In this document: piece by piece, positions 16,652 through 27,147 of the stretch
How the letters are laid out: every line of letters begins with the position of its first letter
Numbering within the stretch: the stretch's first letter is position 1
Source of the DNA: a virus
Length of the DNA stretch: 64,000 nucleotides
IMG/VR virus record: IMGVR_UViG_3300010938_000004
Span: 32,001-96,000 of that record
Direction: 5' to 3' (one strand)
Program-made: the position numbers and the translations under genes
Notes under the pieces: generated by a model
Seen by the model: the letters and a program-made list of their open reading frames with translations, nothing else
Told to the model about the DNA's origin: nothing
Databases searched by the model: none

Positions 16652-19216
16652 ATGGCCAGACCTATAAACCTGGGAGTGGACACGAGTCTTGAAGCGTTCT
16701 CCAAGACCACACTCCCGTTTGATCCATCGAGCCTGAACAAGGTAGACGATGCGGTCCCTTTCCAGCTGCCAGGAGACTCCGATAAGACCCTCACTTTCAT
16801 CAGGGCCGAGAACTGGAACAAACTGTTCCACTACTCCTTTATTGTCTACGAAGTAGACGAGTCCGGCGCCATGGGTGCCGCGCCCCTGGCTACGATGCGA
16901 TGGACCTCGAACCGGGTACAGCTGAACATACCGCCGCGGGCGATCCGCATCACTACGCCCTTTGCCATGTCGGTCGTCCCCACCACGAGAGGTGTAGTAG
17001 AGTACGCCTCAGGCACGGCCATCAAGCAGATCACAATCAGCGGCACAACTGGAGTCTTCCCTGCACGTCGCACCTCAGCCAACGCAGCCTCTACGATTGG
17101 TGATAAGATTCTCAACACCGCCAACATCATTGCTCCAGCTGCCGCATCCGCGGTGCGTTCCTTCTTCGAGCAGGCCAAAGCCGTCAAACAGACGATCCTA
17201 GGTTCAGCCGAACGACCCGAGTACCCCGAATTTGAAGACGACCTGGTAAACACGGGCCACTACCAGTTCGCACAGCTGTATCAGTTCCTGGTATCCTACT
17301 CGGAGCACAAGGCCAAGAATCCGAATCTGCGCCTGGTGTTCGAGTGTCCCAAGGACAACGTCGGCTACGTGGTTACGCCCATCTCGTTCTCAGACGAGAA
17401 ATCGGCTGACTCGCCACTCGCGCGCAACTACTCCATCTCGATGGTCGCCTGGGACCAAGTAGATCTGACGGAAGCGCAAGTAGAGGAAGTAAAACGAGAA
17501 CAGTATTCGCCGCGCAACCAGAGCCTGGTGCGCAGCATGGTTGACTCGCTTCAGCAGTTTCGCTCCCTCATCATGCAGAAAGATAACGTGGTTCGGTCAT
17601 TCGGAACTGACGTCAACGCACTGCTTCAGGTGTACAACCAGAGCGTTCTGGCTCTGAAAGAGTTGGGCGGCGTCTCGAAAGACCTAAACGACTTCACTAC
17701 CACGCTCCGTCCAAGCGTCAAGACACTAGCTACCTCTCCAGTGGCGGCTGCTGCGATTGATGCGCTGCAGGCGGCGGCAAGCGGTGGCTCTGTGAATGCG
17801 AAACGCGCACTGGCGACGGGACTGGCAGACCAGAGGGACAACCTCCTCTCGCTGGTGCGAAGTCAACAATCAGCACAGCGCGGGGTGACCCCGCGGGGTG
17901 AGTCTGTCACCTCGGATTCGGCCGGCAAACAAGCCCCCTCACTGCTCCAGGCTTCTCAGAGTGCGGTTGAACTGGCCCTCACCGATCCCGAGGTCGGAGA
18001 GCGCATCGATCTAGACGCCCTAGATGTGGACCCCGGGGTCAGACAGTTGATGGATAAGGACCTGGAAAATTCGCGACAGCTAAGTCAGGCCGACGTGCGT
18101 GCGCTTGTGGTGAGGCTCACGCTCCTATCTGACCAGCTGGCCTACGCCACCGGCAGTATGCCGGATGAATACATAAAAGCTTACAGCCTAAGAGAAGCGA
18201 GCCCACACGAGGAGACCCGACAACTGACGCCGGACGACATCCTGCTGCAGGCCTCCACCTTCGAGGCGATCGCAGCCCTGAATGGGACACTGGCCTCCGG
18301 GCAGTTCTTCGGGAACAAGCAGTTAAGTCCCTTCCCCGAAGCCAGTGTAACAAGTCAGGAGTTCATCCCGGCTCCGCCCTCAGCCTACGTGGTGGGGATG
18401 GACCGCGGCGCTTCCATAGAAGACATGGCGCGCCGGTACCTTGGCTCGGCCTTGAGGGCGAAGGAAATTATCCTTCTCAATAACCTCAGGGCTCCGTTTG
18501 TGGATGAGGCGGGGCAAACTCGTTCGATCTACGCCGCCACGGGCCGCAGGTTCGTGGTCGAGAGTGACGAGGATCTTGAGGTGGGGCAGTACGTCACGAT
18601 CTTGGCTAGTGGCTTGCCCTCGTCGCGACGGCGCATCCTGTCGATCGAGGAGGTGTCAGACAGCTCCTATCTCGTCGTGGTGGATGGCAGCGAGAACCTG
18701 TCTACCTTCACGCCAGCAACTAACCCTTCGATCTCGTTCAGGAAGCCTGGAACAGTTGGGTCAGGAGACACAATCCTCATCCCCTCCAGTGAGCCCACCG
18801 ACCAACCAGACTTTCGAGAGACCTCCTATTACCGCAGGGTGGCGATGGCCGAGCGCATCTTCGGGGTAGACGTCAAGCTCACGCCCGAAAACGACCTCAT
18901 GTACGACCAGTTCGGCAACTTCACCCTCTGCTCGGGCTATGACAATGCCCTTCAGGCTTTGCGGGGTATCATAGAGACAGAGCGCGGGGAGCTTGAGCTT
19001 CATCCAGGGTATGGCGTCCCTTTCAAGGTGGGCATCAGGCGCAGTGACCTAGTGTCAGCGCAGCTTAGGGAGCGCATTAAGGCTCAGATCCTGGCGGACC
19101 GCAGATTCTCAGGGGTAGACGTGGACGTAGAGGTGGGACCAAATTATGTGAACGTGAAGGTTCAAGCTCAAGGTGCCGGAAACACTGGGCTTATACCGGT
19201 AGTGTTCAGGTTCTGA
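16652..19216 (+). CDS. Baseplate fusion protein (tube-initiator-like + LysM/gpX-like + gp25-like)
   Basis: ITISGTTG N-terminal part; SIEDMARRYLG..EIILLNNL; C-terminal NALQAL..TERGEL..HPGYG. Confidence 0.7.
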   Translation: MARPINLGVDTSLEAFSKTTLPFDPSSLNKVDDAVPFQLPGDSDKTLTFIRAENWNKLFHYSFIVYEVDESGAMGAAPLATMRWTSNRVQLNIPPRAIRITTPFAMSVVPTTRGVVEYASGTAIKQITISGTTGVFPARRTSANAASTIGDKILNTANIIAPAAASAVRSFFEQAKAVKQTILGSAERPEYPEFEDDLVNTGHYQFAQLYQFLVSYSEHKAKNPNLRLVFECPKDNVGYVVTPISFSDEKSADSPLARNYSISMVAWDQVDLTEAQVEEVKREQYSPRNQSLVRSMVDSLQQFRSLIMQKDNVVRSFGTDVNALLQVYNQSVLALKELGGVSKDLNDFTTTLRPSVKTLATSPVAAAAIDALQAAASGGSVNAKRALATGLADQRDNLLSLVRSQQSAQRGVTPRGESVTSDSAGKQAPSLLQASQSAVELALTDPEVGERIDLDALDVDPGVRQLMDKDLENSRQLSQADVRALVVRLTLLSDQLAYATGSMPDEYIKAYSLREASPHEETRQLTPDDILLQASTFEAIAALNGTLASGQFFGNKQLSPFPEASVTSQEFIPAPPSAYVVGMDRGASIEDMARRYLGSALRAKEIILLNNLRAPFVDEAGQTRSIYAATGRRFVVESDEDLEVGQYVTILASGLPSSRRRILSIEEVSDSSYLVVVDGSENLSTFTPATNPSISFRKPGTVGSGDTILIPSSEPTDQPDFRETSYYRRVAMAERIFGVDVKLTPENDLMYDQFGNFTLCSGYDNALQALRGIIETERGELELHPGYGVPFKVGIRRSDLVSAQLRERIKAQILADRRFSGVDVDVEVGPNYVNVKVQAQGAGNTGLIPVVFRF

Positions 19217-19255
19217 GGGTAACAGCTACCCTTTACCAGAGGTGCTTTCGATTTT

Positions 19256-22200
19256 ATGGCCGCCATCACTCTCAAGACCATCCAGCAGCTCATACGCGAC
19301 AAAATCGCCAAGATAGAAGCGGATACCGACGTCAACGACTTACACGCTGGCGCATCGCTGCTCACCGTCATTGAGGCGGCGTCGATGAGCGATCTTGCAA
19401 TCGAAGCCAAGATCTTGCGTGTGATGATCTTGAACAACCTGGACAAGGTCACTGGCGCTGACCTCACCAGGCTTGCGCGGGACCTTGGAGTGCGACCAGA
19501 TCGCTATGGCGCAGAGCCGGCCAAGGTATCTCTGACGCTATCAGACAGCTCCTTCTCCAAGGTGTCGTCTACGATTTACGCAGGTTCTGCTGCCCCGCTT
19601 GCCGGCGCAACGTCGATGCGCATCCTGTCAGGAACCGGTTTTGCCTCCTCAGGGACCGTGCACGTAGGCCGAGGTCTGGCATCCTACGAGTCAGTCGCAT
19701 ACAGCGCTATCGTTAACTCTGGCGCCGGGTATTGGACTTTGACCCTTTCGGCTCCGCTCACCAAAGACCACCTTCAGGGAGAAGAGGTGGTTATGGCGCA
19801 GGGAGGGGACCGAACCGTCTCCTCTACCGACACCGTGCGTGCGCCGTCCACTGGCGGCTCTCCGGTAGTGAACTTCATCCTGGACGACACCTACACGCTG
19901 CTCGACGGTGAACAGTCTCTGACCAATGTGCGGGCGACTGCATCGCTGCCCGGGGCGTCTGGTTTGGTGTCTGTAGGTAGGGTGGTTGAGTTCGCGTCTC
20001 TACCGTGGCCCACGGCCGTGGTTACTAACCCCGAGCCCTCCGCGGGCGGGCGAGACGAGGAGAGCGATGAAGACCTTCGCGAGCGCGTGAGAGACAGATT
20101 CCACACTCTCGCCCGTGGTACTGGAACTTCTATCGAGCGCGCCCTGATAGGGCTGACCGACCCTACTTCTAGCAAGCGGATCATCTCGGTATTCATCAGG
20201 AAGCCAACAACGCCTGGCGAGTATTCCGTAGCGTACATAGACGATGGGACCGGGTTCGAGCCTGAATTCTCAGGAGTGGGCATAGAGAGTGTAGTTACCA
20301 AGGCTGCTGGTACCGAGGAAGACTTTCAGCTCCAGCAAGACGACATCACCAAGGCTCAGCTGGTGTCAGTCGAAAGCGAACCATTCGACCTGTCAGGCGG
20401 AGAAGTGTTCTCCTTTGAGGTCGACGCCGAGAACGAGCTGGTCACTGTAGATGATGCCGACATCGAGGTTCTAGGCCGAGTCACGGCTCAAGAGCTAGCG
20501 GAGACCATTAACCGCTCCTCCACTCTGGTGGAGGCGAGATCTAAGGGCGGGAAGCTGTACGTAACTCCCCTCAAGGACGATCCGGGCTACCTTCGGTGCT
20601 TGGTTCCCTCCACCGGGACCAATGCTAACGATGCGGTGAAGTTCCCCTCAAACAAAATCTACACCCTCAACCTGTACCGCAACGATGACAGGTTGTACCA
20701 AAACGGGCAGGCGGCCTCCATCTACTCGAAGCCCCAAAACCAATGGAGTGGGCTTGCGTCGACCATGTACGGCAAATTCAAGATCGACGGCATCGTAGGC
20801 CCCGAGGTGACGATCGCAGACGCCGACTTCGCGCTCTACAGCAGTTCGACGACGTTGGTCGGTGCGAGCCCCAGCGACTGGGCCAAAGTGCTCAATGCGA
20901 AATTCATCGGGGTGACGGCCAAGGCAGGCGATGACTCGCGCGTCAGGCTCACGTCAAATAAGGGCAAAGACTCTCAGGCGGCGATAGAGGTGCTCTCTAC
21001 TTCTGGCAGCCCGAGTCTGGCTGGGACTATCTTTGAGGCAGGAAGCGCAGCCTCTGGGCGCACATCTGACTTCAAGGTCAACAGACTTACCGGGCTTGGA
21101 AGGCTGTCTGAAAAATTGACATCTGGCGACTCTCTCGCCTCCGGGACTGACATGACGCGAGGCTTTCTTGAAAGCACGGCGTCTGCGACCTACGACCTGT
21201 CCCTGGTAAGCGGAGCCGCGTCACAGTTGGTGCTGGTGCCGGATGATGTGTCTACAATCCGTACGATTGCTCAGTCTGGTAACTTGACCTTCTCGGCCCC
21301 TGGCGGCAACCTTCAGCGGATCGTGTCCAACGTATCCGGACATTTCTCAGGCCTACAGGCAGGGGACTGGGTATACCTGTTTGGGTGGGCTCAGGTGGGG
21401 CTCTACAAGGTATATCGTGTATTTACGACCTCTCTCACCAACGACTCGGTGGAGCTATTCGACCCTAACCCACAGACAGCGGCGTCGAGCGCATGGACTG
21501 CCGACCGCGTGATGGCGGGGTTCAAGACCGTGGGCAGGCCACAGTTGGTCACTCTCCCTTCTGGCAGCGCGGTCACGCGAGCTGCCGTGGTGGCTTCAAT
21601 CAACTCTCAGGTAGAGAGCATGCTCGCCGCAGAAACGGACGCTGGCAAGATCCGGATCTACTCTCTCAGGTATGCGGAAGGAAAAGGCCTTACCCTGGCT
21701 GCGGTCGGCGGGACGGCTCGTGTAGCGTTGGGCTTTACCATTTCGTCAGAGGAGAATGACTCGCCGCACACCGCAGCTCTTGAGTCTGGAGACTTACTGG
21801 GCTATCCGCTGGGCAAGATCAGTGTGACTTCTGCCGACATTTCGGCTCCATACGACACACTAGTCGACTCAGGCGCGCCCTTCACTGCGCAACACGCGAA
21901 TCGGCCTGAAGTGCCGTATTACGGTTCCTCGCAGGCCGCGGTGCGGGTGCCGGAGAATCGCAACTCCACCTCATCCCTCACGCTTCGCGGAGACGCCCCA
22001 GCGCAGTGGGTGGGTTTCGGAACTGAGACCAGGCTATTTTCGCCTCTGGGCTTGATGTTGGGCGAACAGGACACGCTGCTGCTTAGGCTTGACGATGACT
22101 CCACCAAGAAGAACTTCAACGTGCCCTTTTATCAAGATGCCGTGGTCTCCTCGTCCTACGTGGCGACCACTACACAGATGGATCTTGAGGATTCGGCCGG

Positions 22201-25117
22201 CAACAAACTTGCCTCCTCGTCCAGATGGTCTGGTTTCCGATGGGAAGACTTCCGCCTCCTCATGCAGGCTCGGGCAACTCTGACGGCTACCGGCGCCAAT
22301 AACGACGTCGCCCTGAAAGCTCGCCTGTACGGCAGAATCGGGGAGAAAATCCAGGCTGGCTATTACTACCCGTCCGTGGCCGACACCTCGTTGGCTGTCG
22401 CTCACTCTCTCGATTCGGGGAATAGTATCGTGTCTATCGCCATCACCCTTGGCTCCGGCGTGTCCAGGAATATCGGCACGGCCGCGGCGCAAAAGGTGTG
22501 GGTAGATTTCTCTGGTTCGGGCCCCGGCACTTGGAAGTTCCAGTTTTCAGACCCAGTAGACCTGACGTCGGTGGCTGTTGGCGATATCATTTCCGCGGCG
22601 AGCGGTACCGAGTTTGCGGCCAATAACCGTAAGCCGATGAAGATTGCCACCAAGTCTAATCTCAGGGATGTGTCTAAGAGCTTTCAGCACTTGCAAGAGG
22701 ACAAGGTGGCCACGATCGCAACCGGCACCAGCCTAACCTTCACCGACGGCGCAGTAACCCAGTCGATGCAGGTCGGAGACAAGATCCGCATCATGGGTTT
22801 CAAAAAGCAGATCACCGCGGTGGGGACTAACACCATCACTACCGGCACCGGTCAGCAGTTTGCGGCCGGCGGTGGCGTAATCTTCATCAACAGCAATCCC
22901 TACACATACACTTCGTACACGACCGGTACTGGCGTCTTCGCTGGCGTAAGCCCGGACCCTGCAATCTCAGGCGTGCTCGTCGGCGACTTCGCTGAACAGT
23001 ACTTGTCGTCGCCGGTCGAGCGCACGGTCGCGGGTGACATTGGGGCCAGCACTGCGACCTTGAATAGTTCCTACACGAACGACACTGGCTACATCATTCA
23101 GCTCATCCACAAGGCCGTCACGGCCAGCGCTGCTCCGTCCTTCACGGTGGCAGTAAACGACATCATCCAGGTGGCCGGCCAGTTTCTCAGAGTCAGTGCA
23201 GTGGTCTCTACGACTGTCTACAATGTTGACAGCGAATTCACTTTCTCTGGACTTAACTCTGGCGTGGTGTCCCGTATCTACGTGACAGCAACCAAGTACT
23301 CTACCGGAAGCACCGAAGCGGTGGCGTTGGCTAGCGGAACCTCGGTCGACATCTTCCCCCTCAATAGTGACACCGCATCTTCAGTTATCGCCGCGATAAA
23401 CAACTCGGCAGGGGTAGGCTTGCTACTCACAGCGAGCAATGCTTCAGGCAGTAGCGGAGCCGGCACCATCCTCTCGTCCACCGAGGACGAGCTTGGGAGC
23501 GGAACGGCTTACCAGTCACTGCTTGGTGGCGAATCCTACGTACGCAGTAAAAGCGGGTCGAGCCCTGAGTTCACCTTGAAAGAAGCGCTTGGTACGGCGC
23601 CGATCGCTGGCGACTTGGTGAAATTGGTGCCTGCTACTCCCAAGAACGCAGAATCTCTGCTGTCCTCAAAGAATTTTAGCGGGCTACCGATCGTCGCCTC
23701 CACCAAGGTAGTCGGTGCAGGTCGCAAGGTGCAGATCAGCACGGCCGCGATTGGCGGTGCGGGCCAGGTCTACTGTTTGGGGGGCCGCGCAAACGGCGAC
23801 TCGACTCTTCCGGTATACAACAACCCGCGCGCTTTATCTGCCTCGCGTGGAGAACTTGAACTTGATGCATCGGCGCTCACAATGTTGGCGATCGACCAGA
23901 AAGTAAAGATCTCGCAGACAGCGCCGGTCAGAAAATCCTGGCCGTCTACGGCGCCCACTGGCAGCGATACGGTGACCATCTCTAATCCGTCTGGCTCTAC
24001 GGCCAGGCTGACCTTGGGTACCGCTGTACTGGTGTCGAACTACGCCTTTACGCACTCAGGCTCCGTGGTGTGGCTCGTGCGTCGCTTGTCTTCGGGCCTC
24101 ACGCGCTTTCAGGTGCTGTCTGGGACCTCCTCAATTCCGGCCGGACTACTTGAGAATGACTGGGTGTTGGTGGGTAATGGAACGGCCTATGCTGGCAGTA
24201 CTCCAGCCAGCGCCTTCTCGGCCGGCAACCGTGGCTGGTTCCAGGTGAGAAACACCGACAACTCGACCTACTTCGATGTGGAGCTTGAGGAAAGCGTAGA
24301 AGAAATTATCACCACGGCCTCCGCTCCGTTCTTATTCACTTCGTACCACTCAGCTCGGCCGGGTGACAAAATCGTGATCGGGAAAGAAGTGCCGGTTTCC
24401 GATAAGAACCGCGGCACGTTTGTTATCACGAACGTGAACTCCACTACCTCCGTGGATTACGTGAACCCCTCGCTGGTGGTGGAAGGGCCCATCGTCCTGA
24501 CGACCGCGGGAGCCGCAGCATTAGGCGTGAACGATCAGGGGTACTCTTCGTACCGTCAGGTGGTGGCGCTTGCGCCTAAACCCGAGGACCCGCTCAATCG
24601 AGTCTTGGTAACAGTCTCCCCAGGCTACGACCTATCGCTGCACGGTGAACAGTACGGCTCGCGCCTCACCATGAAGGGCAAGCTTGGGTTCTCCACCACG
24701 CCGGTGAACGGGACGAATGGTTACGAATACTGGACTGGCTTGAAACGTTTGGCCCAACGCGTGGTCAGCGGTTATGCCCCTGACTCAGCCCAGTTTGAGG
24801 GTTACAGCGCAGAGGGAGTGTTCGTAGAAGTGAGAGAGCCTCAAACGCAGCGCGTTAGACTGTCGTTCCAAGTCAAAACCAAGGAAGGGGTGTCCCTTTC
24901 AACGGTGTCAGACGACTTAAAAAGCCGCGTCATCTCCTACGTCCAGTCCTTGGGGCTGGGCGACGACGTGGTGTTAGGAGAAGTTATCCGAGCTGCCCAA
25001 GAGACTCCCGGAGTCGAGGCTGTCGTTCTCCTGTCCCCCTCACCTACTGGTGAGCGGGTCACGGTGGGTGACCGAGCTAAGGCTGTCATACGTGCGAGCG
25101 ACATCACGTTGAGCTAA
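19256..25117 (+). CDS. Giant baseplate wedge protein (baseplate J-like)
   Basis: GGRDEESDEDLRER..LARGT; C-terminal YVQSLGLGDDV..PGV; ~1400-aa Ser/Thr/Gly beta-rich insert. Confidence 0.85.
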   Translation: MAAITLKTIQQLIRDKIAKIEADTDVNDLHAGASLLTVIEAASMSDLAIEAKILRVMILNNLDKVTGADLTRLARDLGVRPDRYGAEPAKVSLTLSDSSFSKVSSTIYAGSAAPLAGATSMRILSGTGFASSGTVHVGRGLASYESVAYSAIVNSGAGYWTLTLSAPLTKDHLQGEEVVMAQGGDRTVSSTDTVRAPSTGGSPVVNFILDDTYTLLDGEQSLTNVRATASLPGASGLVSVGRVVEFASLPWPTAVVTNPEPSAGGRDEESDEDLRERVRDRFHTLARGTGTSIERALIGLTDPTSSKRIISVFIRKPTTPGEYSVAYIDDGTGFEPEFSGVGIESVVTKAAGTEEDFQLQQDDITKAQLVSVESEPFDLSGGEVFSFEVDAENELVTVDDADIEVLGRVTAQELAETINRSSTLVEARSKGGKLYVTPLKDDPGYLRCLVPSTGTNANDAVKFPSNKIYTLNLYRNDDRLYQNGQAASIYSKPQNQWSGLASTMYGKFKIDGIVGPEVTIADADFALYSSSTTLVGASPSDWAKVLNAKFIGVTAKAGDDSRVRLTSNKGKDSQAAIEVLSTSGSPSLAGTIFEAGSAASGRTSDFKVNRLTGLGRLSEKLTSGDSLASGTDMTRGFLESTASATYDLSLVSGAASQLVLVPDDVSTIRTIAQSGNLTFSAPGGNLQRIVSNVSGHFSGLQAGDWVYLFGWAQVGLYKVYRVFTTSLTNDSVELFDPNPQTAASSAWTADRVMAGFKTVGRPQLVTLPSGSAVTRAAVVASINSQVESMLAAETDAGKIRIYSLRYAEGKGLTLAAVGGTARVALGFTISSEENDSPHTAALESGDLLGYPLGKISVTSADISAPYDTLVDSGAPFTAQHANRPEVPYYGSSQAAVRVPENRNSTSSLTLRGDAPAQWVGFGTETRLFSPLGLMLGEQDTLLLRLDDDSTKKNFNVPFYQDAVVSSSYVATTTQMDLEDSAGNKLASSSRWSGFRWEDFRLLMQARATLTATGANNDVALKARLYGRIGEKIQAGYYYPSVADTSLAVAHSLDSGNSIVSIAITLGSGVSRNIGTAAAQKVWVDFSGSGPGTWKFQFSDPVDLTSVAVGDIISAASGTEFAANNRKPMKIATKSNLRDVSKSFQHLQEDKVATIATGTSLTFTDGAVTQSMQVGDKIRIMGFKKQITAVGTNTITTGTGQQFAAGGGVIFINSNPYTYTSYTTGTGVFAGVSPDPAISGVLVGDFAEQYLSSPVERTVAGDIGASTATLNSSYTNDTGYIIQLIHKAVTASAAPSFTVAVNDIIQVAGQFLRVSAVVSTTVYNVDSEFTFSGLNSGVVSRIYVTATKYSTGSTEAVALASGTSVDIFPLNSDTASSVIAAINNSAGVGLLLTASNASGSSGAGTILSSTEDELGSGTAYQSLLGGESYVRSKSGSSPEFTLKEALGTAPIAGDLVKLVPATPKNAESLLSSKNFSGLPIVASTKVVGAGRKVQISTAAIGGAGQVYCLGGRANGDSTLPVYNNPRALSASRGELELDASALTMLAIDQKVKISQTAPVRKSWPSTAPTGSDTVTISNPSGSTARLTLGTAVLVSNYAFTHSGSVVWLVRRLSSGLTRFQVLSGTSSIPAGLLENDWVLVGNGTAYAGSTPASAFSAGNRGWFQVRNTDNSTYFDVELEESVEEIITTASAPFLFTSYHSARPGDKIVIGKEVPVSDKNRGTFVITNVNSTTSVDYVNPSLVVEGPIVLTTAGAAALGVNDQGYSSYRQVVALAPKPEDPLNRVLVTVSPGYDLSLHGEQYGSRLTMKGKLGFSTTPVNGTNGYEYWTGLKRLAQRVVSGYAPDSAQFEGYSAEGVFVEVREPQTQRVRLSFQVKTKEGVSLSTVSDDLKSRVISYVQSLGLGDDVVLGEVIRAAQETPGVEAVVLLSPSPTGERVTVGDRAKAVIRASDITLS

Positions 25118-25118
25118 G

Positions 25119-27119
25119 ATGCCTGACTACAAAGAGATAGCTTTCCAGGGACTGGCAGACCGCATCCCTAAGCGGTACAAGCCCAGGTCCAACCCGAACA
25201 TGAAGGGGCTACTCCGCGCACTGGCGGAGGGTGATGGTTACTTAGACGAGCTGATTGCCGCTGTGGCGGACAATTTGACGATCGAAAATGGTGAAGGCCG
25301 ATACCTAGACGACGCTACCGCACGCGTGGGCGTATCACGCGGACTCAACTCTGGCATCTCAGATGAGGCTTACCGCAAGGCCGCGACGATCGTAGGCCCC
25401 GGGCTCAAGAGTGTGCGGGACCCCATCCAGAGGGTGCTTGGCGCACTGTACTCAAGCGATCAGGTAAGGGCCAAGGTAACCACCTCGTCCTTTGAGCCCT
25501 ACGTCATCACTGATGGGGACACCATCATCCTTGAGGTTGACGGTGAAGACGTAAAGATCCGACTAGACTCGGCAGACTTCCAGTCGCCTGGAGCGGCGAC
25601 TGCCGCGGAACTTGCTCGGGTGTTCTCGGTAAGGTCTGGCGGCAAAATAAGAGGGGCGGTCAATACTGTCCCGTCCACAGGACAGAAGGTGTTGATTCTG
25701 TACACCCGCACAGAGGGGTCGTCCGCCTTCATCAGAGTCAAGGCCGGCAACGCTCAATCGCGCCTTAAGTTTCACTCCCCCAGGCCGATATCGCTGGGGA
25801 GTGTCACGTGGACTATCGCCCGGGAAGGCACCTCGGATCTCATGCGTTACACCGCAAGCTCTGGACCCTCTCCGCTCTTTGTGACTCAAGGAGTTAAAGA
25901 AGGCGACTTGGTAACTATCCGCACTGATTGCGGCCTACATGCCAGAAACTGTGGGACTTTTGAAGTCACAACGGTTTTGTCGGAGACCGCGCTCATAGTC
26001 CGCAATCAGGTGGGGCTGCCTCAGTCAGCATCGACCTCAGCTGCGGACGCCATGACTTTCTATGAAAGCGTCGCAGACAATGTACTCCTGCACGACTCCT
26101 TCGCGGCTGTGCTGTCCACCTCTCCCCTTGAGACTCGCGTGGTACTGCCGGTTAACCCACTCCTTAAGTTGGACGGAGTGCCAAGTTCTCGCCACTACTA
26201 CAAAGGGGGGTGGTCTACCGTACTCTCTGCTACCTCAACCACTGCGACTATAAAATTAGCCACCTCCTTCCCTTCGTCTGGGGCTATAGTTCCGGCTGGA
26301 TCTAGGATCAGAGCCAGCTCGGCCGTCACGGCGCAGACGGCCACCACCATCACACTGCAGGACGCAGGCGGCTTCCCAACCAAGGGGGCAGTGTGGTCCC
26401 GCGCCTCGCGCGCTTGGTATTACTACAGCGGCAAGTCTGGCAACCAACTACAGAACGTCACCCCGACCATGCCGGCGACAGACATTGGCCAAGTGGTCGC
26501 CTACTCAGAACGTTTCAAGTACACAGGAAAGACCGGGAACCAGCTCACTGGGGTGTTTCCTGACCCATCTACCTTGGTTGGCTACGAAGTAAGAGCGGGT
26601 CAGGCCTCAAAAACCACAGCGGGTCCCCAGACCGGATACGTATACGACCGCACGAGTCGCAGGGCGCTGACGGAGCTTAGTGCTACGCTGACTGCGCCAG
26701 TATCGGCCGGAGATTTCGCTTCTATCCTGGTGGTATCTGATGTCTCAGCATGGCCAGACCAAGGTTACCTGGTGGTAGAGGGCAATTCAGGGCGAGAGGA
26801 TGGTCCATATCGCTACACGGCGAAACTGGGCACCACACAGCTAGTGGTGGAAATCCCGGGCGGATTTACGCACTCACATCCGGCCGGAGCCCTAGTGCGC
26901 CACGCCCAGTCGAACACTGCCTATTACCCAGTCAGCACCGGAGACGAGGGCGGTTTTTATGCTTTTGGCTCTGGAAAAGCCCGGGAAAGGCTCCAAGAGT
27001 GGATTGTCTCCATGGAGGCCGAGGGAGTCTTCTACAGGTTCGATGTGAGAGAGCCGTCGCGTATTTGGTCAGTTGGTCCGAGCCTTTACGCCTCTGACCC
27101 CATAGGTTCAGTGTCCTAG
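25119..27119 (+). CDS. Baseplate wedge protein (gpI-like N-terminus)
   Basis: GRYLD..VGVSR..SDEAYR; follows J-like gene. Confidence 0.7.
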   Translation: MPDYKEIAFQGLADRIPKRYKPRSNPNMKGLLRALAEGDGYLDELIAAVADNLTIENGEGRYLDDATARVGVSRGLNSGISDEAYRKAATIVGPGLKSVRDPIQRVLGALYSSDQVRAKVTTSSFEPYVITDGDTIILEVDGEDVKIRLDSADFQSPGAATAAELARVFSVRSGGKIRGAVNTVPSTGQKVLILYTRTEGSSAFIRVKAGNAQSRLKFHSPRPISLGSVTWTIAREGTSDLMRYTASSGPSPLFVTQGVKEGDLVTIRTDCGLHARNCGTFEVTTVLSETALIVRNQVGLPQSASTSAADAMTFYESVADNVLLHDSFAAVLSTSPLETRVVLPVNPLLKLDGVPSSRHYYKGGWSTVLSATSTTATIKLATSFPSSGAIVPAGSRIRASSAVTAQTATTITLQDAGGFPTKGAVWSRASRAWYYYSGKSGNQLQNVTPTMPATDIGQVVAYSERFKYTGKTGNQLTGVFPDPSTLVGYEVRAGQASKTTAGPQTGYVYDRTSRRALTELSATLTAPVSAGDFASILVVSDVSAWPDQGYLVVEGNSGREDGPYRYTAKLGTTQLVVEIPGGFTHSHPAGALVRHAQSNTAYYPVSTGDEGGFYAFGSGKARERLQEWIVSMEAEGVFYRFDVREPSRIWSVGPSLYASDPIGSVS

Positions 27120-27147
27120 TGTTAAGATGTAGTCAGGAGTCAAAGTC

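Noticed and set aside
19217-19236. Intrinsic terminator AGGGTA-ACAGC-TACCCT-TT
   Set aside because: Short stem and weak U-tract in the middle of the baseplate operon; not well enough supported
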